Shown: positions 9,582-18,210, counted from the first letter of the stretch. The stretch is 64,000 nt of DNA from Trichormus sp. ATA11-4-KO1 (GCA_019358915.1 JAHHIM010000055.1:96001-160000); one strand, 5' to 3'. The notes: generated by a model not told the origin, from the letters alone. Made by a program: numbers and translations.

Positions 9582-9992
9582 ATGTTTGGTTTAGGTATTG
9601 CTAAGACGGCTTCAGGTATCGCTAAGACGGTAACAGGTAAGGTAAAGGATTTTAGGGGTGTGCTTGCTACTAACCCAGGGGCTTTAGGGTTAGCGCTACC
9701 ACCGCAAGTGCAACTTGGCATTAATGTAGCAAACTCCCTGGGACTTAAAATACCTTCGGCAGACGTGCTGAGTAAGCAAGTGATGTCGGAGTTAGACAAA
9801 GCAGTATTCGGGTTGTATCGTCCTAGCACTAAAGACCTTCTCAATGGTCTTAAAGGTAGAGTTAGCACTACCCCTGGATTAGACCAGTACTTGGAACAGT
9901 TAAGAAAGTCGGGTAACAGTACCCTAGATAAGATAGAAGAGGCTACCAATACCGCAGAAGACCTCCTATCATCTATTAACTGGTTACTTTAA
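9582..9992 (+). CDS. Hypothetical protein, possibly late/virion
   Basis: 136-aa ORF preceded by GATTGACTGAATA, the same 13-mer as before the tail-fibre gene at 30331. Confidence 0.6.
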   Translation: MFGLGIAKTASGIAKTVTGKVKDFRGVLATNPGALGLALPPQVQLGINVANSLGLKIPSADVLSKQVMSELDKAVFGLYRPSTKDLLNGLKGRVSTTPGLDQYLEQLRKSGNSTLDKIEEATNTAEDLLSSINWLL

Positions 9993-10559
9993 CATCCACT
10001 GGGTATCCTTAAACTCAAACATCCTAGGCTTGTTACCCCACTGTGATACGTAAGCCATCCATACCTCACCGTGTATATTTAAATACCCGCAGTGAGGTGT
10101 ATTAGACTTACTATCGGGGTATATTTTTTTACACAACTCCTGGATATGGTGCCGTACTTTAGCTAAGTTATGTAGCTTTTCGGTGATGTGAAAGCTCACA
10201 TACTCGGATAAACCAGGTTTAAGTTTACCGTTTTCATAACCACCATACCTTACAAGGGTTGCTTGTCTAGTTATCTCCCGTGTTTCTGTTTGGTAGAACT
10301 TACTGGCAGCAGCTAACCTGTGACATGCAGGTACTACTACCTCTATGTAGTGTTTTATCCACCATAGGCACTGCTTATAAAATCGTACTTTTTTAGTGTT
10401 ACCCCGATTCTCGTTTAGTGTGGTTAGATCGGCGTACTTATCCCATATTTGGTGAAGTTTGGCTACTTTATTTTTATCCTTCTTAGCCGCTTGTACAGCC
10501 CCCCGGATGTCTAAGGGTAGCTGACCCCAGTTAGTATCATTCTCATTGTTACGAGTCAT
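9984..10559 (-). CDS. Hypothetical basic protein downstream of the ncRNA locus
   Basis: 191-aa K/R/H-rich ORF starting 22 nt after the tRNA-like element. Confidence 0.7.
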   Translation of the reverse strand: MTRNNENDTNWGQLPLDIRGAVQAAKKDKNKVAKLHQIWDKYADLTTLNENRGNTKKVRFYKQCLWWIKHYIEVVVPACHRLAAASKFYQTETREITRQATLVRYGGYENGKLKPGLSEYVSFHITEKLHNLAKVRHHIQELCKKIYPDSKSNTPHCGYLNIHGEVWMAYVSQWGNKPRMFEFKDTQWMLK

Positions 10560-10581
10560 TTGTTAACCCAATAAATATTAA

Positions 10582-10657
10582 TGGAGCTAAAGGGAATCGA
10601 ACCCTTGTGCTAATGGTTTCACTTTGGCTTTACCACTAGACGACACCTACTAGCCCC
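10582..10657 (-). ncRNA. tRNA-like RNA resembling an isolated tmRNA tRNA-like domain
   Basis: Acceptor GGGGCTA/TAGCTCC+A with G3:U70; T-arm AAGGG-TTCGATT-CCCTT; stemless D-loop; 8-bp helix CTAGTGGT/ACCATTAG with 14-nt loop. Confidence 0.7.
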
Positions 10658-10659
10658 TT

Positions 10660-11286
10660 AGTGCTTAGTGATTTAAAGTAGCCCGAATACTTTAAACCAC
10701 TAGGCTATACCTTGACCCAGCCTCACCTCTAGCTTGGCTTTCAAGTCTCGGTATATTCACCTTTGGTTTTCCTTGGCTTTACTCAGGCTAGAGGACACTG
10801 AATAAAGACTTACTTGGTAGACCTTAGGTACTTTGTAAATGTAGATGATTTTTTAGGTCGAAGTCTACAGCTCCTTGACTTATGCGGCAAAGCGTCAACC
10901 ACTTTTACGTCCCCCGCTAACGGCTACTTACGTAAGCAGCTACCGCCCATGTATGAAAGTTCTGAGTACTTTGCCCTTATCGTGGGCTACTCTGAGAGTA
11001 CCTTATTTTACTAGCATTAATACTCCCAACGCGCTAGTGTCCCCTGAGTTATTTAATGACCGACAGGTTAGGTCTAATAGCGCTACCTGTAGTTGAGAGT
11101 ACAGGCTTTACGGTTAGCTGAGGCTCTGTCTTTGTCTTAGATTTGGTAGTCTAACCAGCCCTACTAATCCCCAACCGTAAATATTTGCTTTATTCACATC
11201 CAGACTCTGTAGCTCTCGCCGTTCTTTGATGTGGAGGGGTCACCAAACCCTCGCGCGCTATATGAGTTAGATTTCTCTCCCTCACC
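10660..11286 (-). ncRNA. Large (~620 nt) multi-domain structured RNA, ROOL/GOLLD-like in size and context
   Basis: No credible ORF; dedicated promoter; many nested long-range helices and possible kissing loops (see findings). Confidence 0.7.
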
Positions 11287-11291
11287 CTTTT

Positions 11292-11320
11292 ATAATAACA
11301 AGGTTTTCTAAGACTGTCAA
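11292..11320 (-). promoter_or_regulatory. sigma70-type promoter of the ncRNA locus
   Basis: TTGACA(11320-11315)-17 bp-TATTAT(11297-11292) with TGn extension. Confidence 0.8.
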
Positions 11321-11338
11321 CCCTATAATGAAAAATAT

Positions 11339-13504
11339 TTATTCCACTGGTGCGCCACCTATAACCGAGTTTAATCGTGTGCCCAACTTCTTGAAAATAT
11401 TAGCCGGGTTCTGAGCTACCCCGTTCTTTAGAGTCTCGAAGTGGCAATGGTCACCGCTACCTATTCCAGTACTACCCATTGTGGCAATCTGTTGCCCTTT
11501 CTTTACTTGCTCTCCTAACTTGACCAATAGTGTCGTGTTATGTAAATATCTGGTAGCCCAGCCGTTATCATGTCGGATTTTAAGCATATTCCCGGCTCCT
11601 CCTTGGAAGCCTATAGGTGCTACTACTACCCCGTCTCTAGCCGCATAGATTGGGGTACCTTTTTTATTAGCAATATCTATCCCCTTGTGGTTTCTACTAG
11701 CCCCAGGGATACCTGTGTTTCTCAGTCCGAACCCTGACGTTACCGTACCCGTACAAGGATATACCCAAACACCTGGGGTATCCGGTACGTTATTCTGCGG
11801 CATGGGCGCGTTAGGGGTATCGGCGGGCGTGTTATCCAGTACCTCTACCGGGCTGTACACATCTAAGGTAGAGGTATCAGAGGCTAACTTATGCGTTACT
11901 TTGTCGACTAACCAAATACGATCTAAGGGGCTAGGGAAACCTAGAGTACGCACTCCGTCCAATGGCTTCAATGGCATTGAAGCCGGGCTTAAGTTAACTG
12001 TAAACCTACTAGGTAGTCCCTTAACCCTCTTAAACCTAGACCTACTCTGATTTAATAATGCGTCCTGACCTGGACTAGGAGTCCCTGATATAACTTTAGT
12101 CTGGTTACCCGTAGCTGATATGTCTCGTGCTGGGTCTACGTCGATGTTCTTAGTTAGCATTTCCCCGGTTAGCGGTTCTACAGTTGCCTTAGGCTCCTCT
12201 TGAAGTAAACTAGACTCTTCCTGGTTTTTATCTAACGCCTTATCTACTACCTCATACTTGATAAGGTTACCTTCACGGGTTATCGTAAACCCTGTATCAT
12301 TTATTTTGTCCCTGGATTTAATAGTTAACGCCCCGTTATTCTCCGACACCCATAGTCCCGCATAGTTAGCCTCACGGATGAGTAACTGGTAATCGCTAAT
12401 ACCAGATTGGTCTATGTGTTGGTACAACGGGTCTAGAGTAGACTGCCAGTCTAACTTTATCTTATGGGCTTCTGCGATCGCTTGAGCTAGCTGTCTTAGG
12501 CTGGTATCCTTAACCGTCTTATTACGTTTCCGGCGGTTAAGTACCCACCGGATACCTTGCCCCATGACTTGAGTTTTACCTGTTTCATCCCACTTAGTAC
12601 CTTGATGGAAGAACTCGAAACTCACCCCGCACCAGTCGATGATTATTTTATTACCCTTGATAACCTCTTGTACGGTTTCAGGGATACTAGGGCGTAACGC
12701 GGATATGTCAGGTTCTACCTTAGTAGCTACAGGGGTTACTGTAGAACCTTTGTTATAAAATGCTAATCGTTCGTTATAGTATGCTATTGCTGCATCCACT
12801 GTCCAACCCGTCTGCTGTTCAGCAGCACCTGGAAGGCTAGTCCATTCATTCCTGCCTCTTCTTATTGCTTCTCGGATATCCCCAGCCAGTAAAGGCGCTA
12901 TCATCTTACGCTGACCCATTAACCAGAATGCGGCTCTATCCTGGGACGTGGGTAGGAAGTCCTTGAACTTACCAGGGTTCCTAGACTGTATATAACGCCA
13001 GGTCTTAGGTATAATCTGATACCTCCCGGATGCCCTTGTCCATTGAGTGATGGAAGTGGGATAACCTTTGGCGGCTTCTGCTTCTGTAAACCTAGTGTTA
13101 TTTATTCCTGTAAAGTACCATTCACGGGTTATTTGGAAGCTAAAGTAACCCCCAACCTCCCTAACAGCTATCATGTCCAGAAAAGCTTTAACCTGCGGGG
13201 TAAACGGTTCCCCGGTAGACTCTACGCCCACGTTACCATTACCGGGGGTTACTTTAGATGATTCAGGTGCCTGGTTACTGATTACGGGGCTATTATTAGG
13301 GTTAGGGGTTAACTGTCGGATACCCCCGGAGTTTATAGTATGGCTAATCAAAGCTGATGCTATTAAGCCTAGGGGGTCGGATAAAGTAATCATACAGTTA
13401 CTAGATTTATCATTTTGCCCAAGCGTTACTTCCAGGTCTATGAGTTCGTTCTTAGGCTTCCAGACCTGCCCAAAACCCTCTAAGCTAACCTCTACATCCC
13501 TCAT
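11339..13504 (-). CDS. Baseplate-hub-like protein with inserted lambda-R-type muramidase and C-terminal M23 peptidase
   Basis: KAFLDMIAVRE...ASGRYQI...EWTSLPG (lambda R-like); HKGIDIA, YLH, HCHFE (M23); YQHIDQSGISDYQLLIREA (late-control D-like). Confidence 0.8.
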   Translation of the reverse strand: MRDVEVSLEGFGQVWKPKNELIDLEVTLGQNDKSSNCMITLSDPLGLIASALISHTINSGGIRQLTPNPNNSPVISNQAPESSKVTPGNGNVGVESTGEPFTPQVKAFLDMIAVREVGGYFSFQITREWYFTGINNTRFTEAEAAKGYPTSITQWTRASGRYQIIPKTWRYIQSRNPGKFKDFLPTSQDRAAFWLMGQRKMIAPLLAGDIREAIRRGRNEWTSLPGAAEQQTGWTVDAAIAYYNERLAFYNKGSTVTPVATKVEPDISALRPSIPETVQEVIKGNKIIIDWCGVSFEFFHQGTKWDETGKTQVMGQGIRWVLNRRKRNKTVKDTSLRQLAQAIAEAHKIKLDWQSTLDPLYQHIDQSGISDYQLLIREANYAGLWVSENNGALTIKSRDKINDTGFTITREGNLIKYEVVDKALDKNQEESSLLQEEPKATVEPLTGEMLTKNIDVDPARDISATGNQTKVISGTPSPGQDALLNQSRSRFKRVKGLPSRFTVNLSPASMPLKPLDGVRTLGFPSPLDRIWLVDKVTHKLASDTSTLDVYSPVEVLDNTPADTPNAPMPQNNVPDTPGVWVYPCTGTVTSGFGLRNTGIPGASRNHKGIDIANKKGTPIYAARDGVVVAPIGFQGGAGNMLKIRHDNGWATRYLHNTTLLVKLGEQVKKGQQIATMGSTGIGSGDHCHFETLKNGVAQNPANIFKKLGTRLNSVIGGAPVE

Positions 13505-13524
13505 GGTTTATAGATAATAAGTCA

Positions 13525-13551
13525 AACGCCCTAGGGGTTAGCTAGGGCGTT
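13525..13551 (-). terminator. Hairpin, probable terminator
   Basis: AACGCCCTAG-7-CTAGGGCGTT after the 13581-14794 gene run. Confidence 0.5.
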
Positions 13552-13580
13552 ATATTAAGGGTTATACCTCACTGTTAACC

Positions 13581-13955
13581 TTAATAAACCTCAAAAATAC
13601 TAAAAGTCAATAACTCTGGGCGGTTCTTAGGATGGCTGATTATCCATAGTGCTGAGCGGGCGGGTTCATTGAATATATGTGTCTCAGCCCCAGCCATCCA
13701 CGTATTTAAGTCATATACTTCATTGTAATATTTTGTAGTTAAAAACCATGCTTTACGTCCGTCTAGCTCCGAAGAGTTTAGTAAGTACCTATCCTCTCTG
13801 TTTAGCTGGTCATCCCAGATAGATAAACCTATCTGCTTAAGTTCGGAAAACTGAAGTATACCTTTGAGCTTGGTTAACTTCATCTGGTTATCTTCTTCCC
13901 ATAGTTCAGGTAGAAATATTTCCCGAATGTCTAACAAGTACTCAGTAGGTGTCAT
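13581..13955 (-). CDS. Hypothetical phage protein
   Basis: 124-aa ORF, coupled to upstream kinase gene. Confidence 0.65.
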   Translation of the reverse strand: MTPTEYLLDIREIFLPELWEEDNQMKLTKLKGILQFSELKQIGLSIWDDQLNREDRYLLNSSELDGRKAWFLTTKYYNEVYDLNTWMAGAETHIFNEPARSALWIISHPKNRPELLTFSIFEVY

Positions 13956-14500
13956 GAGGCTAACTCCTCTGCCGCTACTTTCAGGTCTTCAGTAGTATGA
14001 TTAGATACGAAAAAACCACGATTAGAACGTACCCACAAACTATCAAATATTTCTCTCTGGTATTCATCCGACTTCATAGCAGTTATACCTGGTCTATTTA
14101 TCCATACGGGTATAACCTCTATTCCTTCATCTAAAAACTTAAGTATAACATACATCTCTGTAAAGTTACGGGTATCGGTTAAGATAACCGTGCGAGACAT
14201 AAGCATCTGTTTTATTAGCTTTGTTACCTTTCTGGTCATCATGTGAGGGTCGATCTGAGGAAAAAACTCAAAAGCTTTTACCATTACGTCTAGGTAACTA
14301 ATATCCGTACCTGGTAGCTTTTCTAACCGCTTCTCTGGGTCATCTAAGAAACCTGCGGGTAAATCATAGACCATTTCAAACATATCTTTCATCGGTCTAG
14401 ACCACTTTACATTAGCTGCTCTTATCAGCTTTTGCATTTCCCGGCACAGCGTATCTTTACCTGCGCCTGAATAACCCATTAGTACATAAATACTACTCAT
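13952..14500 (-). CDS. Deoxynucleoside monophosphate kinase
   Basis: N-terminal P-loop GYSGAGKDT, ILTDTRNFTE motif. Confidence 0.8.
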   Translation of the reverse strand: MSSIYVLMGYSGAGKDTLCREMQKLIRAANVKWSRPMKDMFEMVYDLPAGFLDDPEKRLEKLPGTDISYLDVMVKAFEFFPQIDPHMMTRKVTKLIKQMLMSRTVILTDTRNFTEMYVILKFLDEGIEVIPVWINRPGITAMKSDEYQREIFDSLWVRSNRGFFVSNHTTEDLKVAAEELAS

Positions 14501-14614
14501 CTATTATCTCCTCCTGCTAAGTCAAACTTTGCTATCCCACCAGTAGGGACTACGTCCTGTCATGTTATTCTCTGTAAGAATAAAGGTTGACTATCACTGT
14601 CAACCTAGTAGCGT

Positions 14615-14794
14615 TTACCAAATAACTATAGAATCTTCATCCTGATCTATATCCGGTGAATATTCCCAAAGAGCGTTCCAGAAAGGGTTATTTTCTAACT
14701 CATTCCGGAATCCTTCAGGGACTTCTAGCTCTAGTTCCGCTTCTAACTCGGCTTCTATCTGACTTTGGCTAACTTCTGACCCGTATCCTAGCAT
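14615..14794 (-). CDS. Very acidic 59-aa protein
   Basis: Not in ORF track; MLGYGSEVSQSQIEAELEAELELEVPEGFRNELENNPFWNALWEYSPDIDQDEDSIVIW; GGGAG RBS and promoter upstream. Confidence 0.6.
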   Translation of the reverse strand: MLGYGSEVSQSQIEAELEAELELEVPEGFRNELENNPFWNALWEYSPDIDQDEDSIVIW

Positions 14795-14884
14795 CTGTTT
14801 AGCTCCCTTTTGCTTATGTATCTATAATAGCTTGGGTTGACCTTAACTGTCAACCCTAAACTATATCTAGGATTGTGTGCTATT

Positions 14885-17800
14885 TTATACTAACATACTT
14901 AGTAACTGGCTAGGGGTTACTGTGTAACCTATGGGTAACCCTTGGGGCTGGCTAGGTGTTATTTGGGGGTCTTTAGGGTCTTTACGGAGGCAAAAAGGGT
15001 CTACGTCTACCGCAGAAAACCAAGCTACACCCGCCGGGATACAGTCTAACGACAAGGCGTCAATAAATGCGGCTCTAACGTATAAGTGGGCTAGTTGTAA
15101 TGCCCAAATAGCATTTCTGATGTTATTGGGGTCATCTCCCACCATCGTCCTAATCTCATCGTGGATGGTTATCAGAAGTTTCCCGTCTACTCCTAGTTTC
15201 TTATAGAAGTGTCTAGTTAGTAGGATTAACATATCTCTGAAGTCTACACCGGAACTCTGAATAGTCCAGTTTACTCTAGATGGTTTGAAGTCTTTAAACC
15301 CTGCTAGTGACCTACTCATTACATTTTTGAGTAAAGGTGTCTTGGGTACCTTGGAGTCCGCTATGGATTCCATAACGTTAAACGAATCCGATGCTAACCC
15401 CCCTGTGTACCTCTTGAAGCTTCCTAACGCCCCTTCTTCCCTTACGGTTTGACCCTTGAACTTATTGATAAATACTTTACTGTTAGCCTGTGCCTCAGCT
15501 AATGTCATTGTGGGGATGTTCTTTAGAAGCGCGTTAGTATCCCCGGTTAGCCCCTGTCCATAAATGCAGTTACCTGTGATAGTTATTGTGTCACCTTGAC
15601 GCATAACCCAAGTACCTAAAGCTGTAGTAGGACACCATACGGATGTGTTCTCAATGCGAGTTTTAACTAACCTCTGAGCAGTTATGTGCGGCTTGGTTAA
15701 GTTCATTTTTTGGACTTTATTACCGTATCTTGTACCAACAGAAACTCTGTAACCAATCAAATAAGCCGCTAGTTTAAAAGCTTCTGCATGATGCCCCATT
15801 TTCTGAGTTATGCACCAAGTGCCAGTGGCTCGATCTTGATGTCCATCACTAAGTAAAACCCCTAATACAAAAGATTGTAGCTCCCTGTAAGACATTTTCA
15901 GGATCTCCGGTATGTAGTCTGTGCCGTATTTAACCCCAAAAGACTTAAGACCATAACCTGAGCCGCCATTATAAGGGGCTGACACGGTTATATTATTTTC
16001 TTGTTTTATGTTATCTGTGGTGAATATCTGAAATATTGTGTATCCTTCCTTAACTCCTAGCTTCCTTACACGCTTAGACCCATACCATCTGTGATCACCT
16101 GTGCAAACTACAGACCACCCATGACTCATTTCTAACTTATACACCTCAGCGTCTTCGTGATATGTCATATGGGTTATAGGAGACCATTCATTAACCCCTG
16201 TTTCTGCGTTGTAGGCTAATATTTCTGTCCCATGAGATAACTCTGAGTAAACCCTCCAACCTTCTCTAGTCAGCGCTTGAGTATCCATTGGAACACAACC
16301 ATACACCCTGGTCTTAGTATTGTCTCTACTGATACCAGTCTCTTTCGCCATTAAGCTATGAATGTCTGTGGACGCTTCTAAGGTCTCAGCCTTAGCCCCC
16401 GCCACACAAATAAAGCCCATAGGAGTACTTGCATTAATACCTAACACTGAATCACCCATAATGCCCGCTAACCACGCTTCTTCACTGTCAATGTCCGCAC
16501 CTACAAGCACATAACCTTTAGGTGGGGCTACCATAGATTTAAGCTCGGTACCTAAGCGAGACTTTTTAGGGTTAGCCGCTACCTGCCAAAGGTTGTCGGC
16601 ACATCTCCCTGTTATGGTGCCGTTAACAAGTAACGAGGGTAGGGTGACAGGGAAACCTTCAGGCGATTCAGTATGGATGGCGGCTACTCGTTTACGTAAA
16701 CTTACCCAGTTTATTGTAGACACCTTTTCAGCTAACATCTGCTTTACTGAGTCATTAGCCGCACTAAGTACACCCTGTTCAAACGCTGCAACAAAGCCCT
16801 TAGCGAACACGGAGGTAACGTTTTTACCTCTAACTTCTGGATGTGGTAACCACCCGTGTACTTCTGTGTACCATGTTTTATTTTCATCATCCCAGAGCAA
16901 AGGCTCACCCCGCCAAGTTATCCCCATTACTATGGGCACAAAGCGCTTAGATAAGGTTAGGTCACCTTTGGCATAGTCAGATAGCACTTTACGGTACCAA
17001 GCGGGTAACCCTTTATTCTTCCCTGACTTCGCCGGATTCCAGTCTAACGCCAATGCTGGCTTAGGTAGGTTATCAGGGTCACACTGGGATAGGTATTCCT
17101 CCGCTAAAATCATCAAGTCTTTGTTAGTCTTTACGGCTAACTCTTGATACATATTCTCTGCGGTCTCGTAATACTTAGGAAACCTATCAGCATCTAAAGG
17201 TAACCAGCACGACCCTAATAAAATAGACCCGGACTGCGCGACTAAGCTAGGTCTATGGTTAAGGTACTCAGGGTAGAGTCTCTTGAATAGCTGTGCTGTA
17301 TGTAGCACATCTTCACAGCAATACCTGATAACCTCCAGCATGTTATCCCTAACCCAGGGTAGCCCGTCATTAACTATGTTATCTCTAACCCCTTTGTCTA
17401 GTGGTTTGTTAAAGAAGAACTCGTATACCGCAGATAAGCTGTTAGTTGCTGTCTCGCCCATCCAGTCTAGGTTAGTATCTTCGTCTAGATACAAGGGTCT
17501 TTGCTGGTTACTTAAACCACGGCATATTATCCACGCAGACATTAGGTCGAAGAATCGGTTACCCGTATCCTCCATCTGGTACTCAGATGATAAATAAGCT
17601 CTGTCATACTGAGTGTTGTAGTTTACCATTAGGTTATTAAAACCGTAGGGGATAATAGAGGGCATCTGGTCGAAGTCGGTAACCCAAAGTAGCCAACCCC
17701 TAGCAGACATAGCCACAGCGCAAGTAGGTAACCACCTATCCCCCACTTGCACCGTTTCAGTATCTTGGAAGAACACCTTCCCAGATATTGGCTTTTCAAG

Positions 17801-18163
17801 GAGTTTCCATCGCTCACCTTTAGGGCACCAGTATTGCCATTTCCCTTTAATGGTATTGAAGTTAGTGGGTAGTTCTGGGAACTCCCAAGACATAATAGAA
17901 CCTAACGCGTCAAGAGTACTCTTAGTATGTTCTGCGATCGCTTGCTCCAGTTCTTGTTCCAGCGTACCAAAGTTATCAGGGATAGGTAGTTCTGCAACTT
18001 CGTTATTGTCATTGGCTTGATGAAGCCCGAACGGCTTTAGTTTATTTTCTATTTTCTGTTTATCTAGAATACTTAAGGGATTTGAAGGGTAACCCAATAC
18101 CCTTACTTGAAGATCATCGGAAAGCTTTTTAATGTGCATTGGTAATCCTGGTTTATACAACAT
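14885..18163 (-). CDS. Family A DNA polymerase of mitochondrial Pol-gamma type, intein-containing
   Basis: GTITGRC...RLGTELKSMVAPPKGYVLVGADIDSEE, SRVNWTIQSSGVD and ITIHDEIR match Pol-gamma-type motifs; exonuclease DTE, YNTQYDRA, YCCED. Confidence 0.92.
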   Translation of the reverse strand: MLYKPGLPMHIKKLSDDLQVRVLGYPSNPLSILDKQKIENKLKPFGLHQANDNNEVAELPIPDNFGTLEQELEQAIAEHTKSTLDALGSIMSWEFPELPTNFNTIKGKWQYWCPKGERWKLLEKPISGKVFFQDTETVQVGDRWLPTCAVAMSARGWLLWVTDFDQMPSIIPYGFNNLMVNYNTQYDRAYLSSEYQMEDTGNRFFDLMSAWIICRGLSNQQRPLYLDEDTNLDWMGETATNSLSAVYEFFFNKPLDKGVRDNIVNDGLPWVRDNMLEVIRYCCEDVLHTAQLFKRLYPEYLNHRPSLVAQSGSILLGSCWLPLDADRFPKYYETAENMYQELAVKTNKDLMILAEEYLSQCDPDNLPKPALALDWNPAKSGKNKGLPAWYRKVLSDYAKGDLTLSKRFVPIVMGITWRGEPLLWDDENKTWYTEVHGWLPHPEVRGKNVTSVFAKGFVAAFEQGVLSAANDSVKQMLAEKVSTINWVSLRKRVAAIHTESPEGFPVTLPSLLVNGTITGRCADNLWQVAANPKKSRLGTELKSMVAPPKGYVLVGADIDSEEAWLAGIMGDSVLGINASTPMGFICVAGAKAETLEASTDIHSLMAKETGISRDNTKTRVYGCVPMDTQALTREGWRVYSELSHGTEILAYNAETGVNEWSPITHMTYHEDAEVYKLEMSHGWSVVCTGDHRWYGSKRVRKLGVKEGYTIFQIFTTDNIKQENNITVSAPYNGGSGYGLKSFGVKYGTDYIPEILKMSYRELQSFVLGVLLSDGHQDRATGTWCITQKMGHHAEAFKLAAYLIGYRVSVGTRYGNKVQKMNLTKPHITAQRLVKTRIENTSVWCPTTALGTWVMRQGDTITITGNCIYGQGLTGDTNALLKNIPTMTLAEAQANSKVFINKFKGQTVREEGALGSFKRYTGGLASDSFNVMESIADSKVPKTPLLKNVMSRSLAGFKDFKPSRVNWTIQSSGVDFRDMLILLTRHFYKKLGVDGKLLITIHDEIRTMVGDDPNNIRNAIWALQLAHLYVRAAFIDALSLDCIPAGVAWFSAVDVDPFCLRKDPKDPQITPSQPQGLPIGYTVTPSQLLSMLV
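15569..16297 (-). mobile_element. Intein (243 aa) in polymerase motif B
   Basis: YG/CVPMDTQALT...CTGDHRW...VWCPTT...TITGN/CIYG; one LAGLIDADG-like helix FVLGVLLSDG. Confidence 0.9.
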
Positions 18164-18210
18164 GTAAACCCTATAAGGGGGTTGCTGTCAACCACCCTTT
18201 AAGAAAACCT

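Noticed and set aside
10582..10657. Canonical tRNA or full/permuted tmRNA
   Set aside because: No proper D-stem or 7-nt anticodon loop; acceptor strands are in normal order with no room for a tag ORF
10814..11096. Plus-strand ORFs 10814-11014 and 10875-11096
   Set aside because: TTG starts, overlapping, no recognisable protein features, antisense to a promoter-driven structured region
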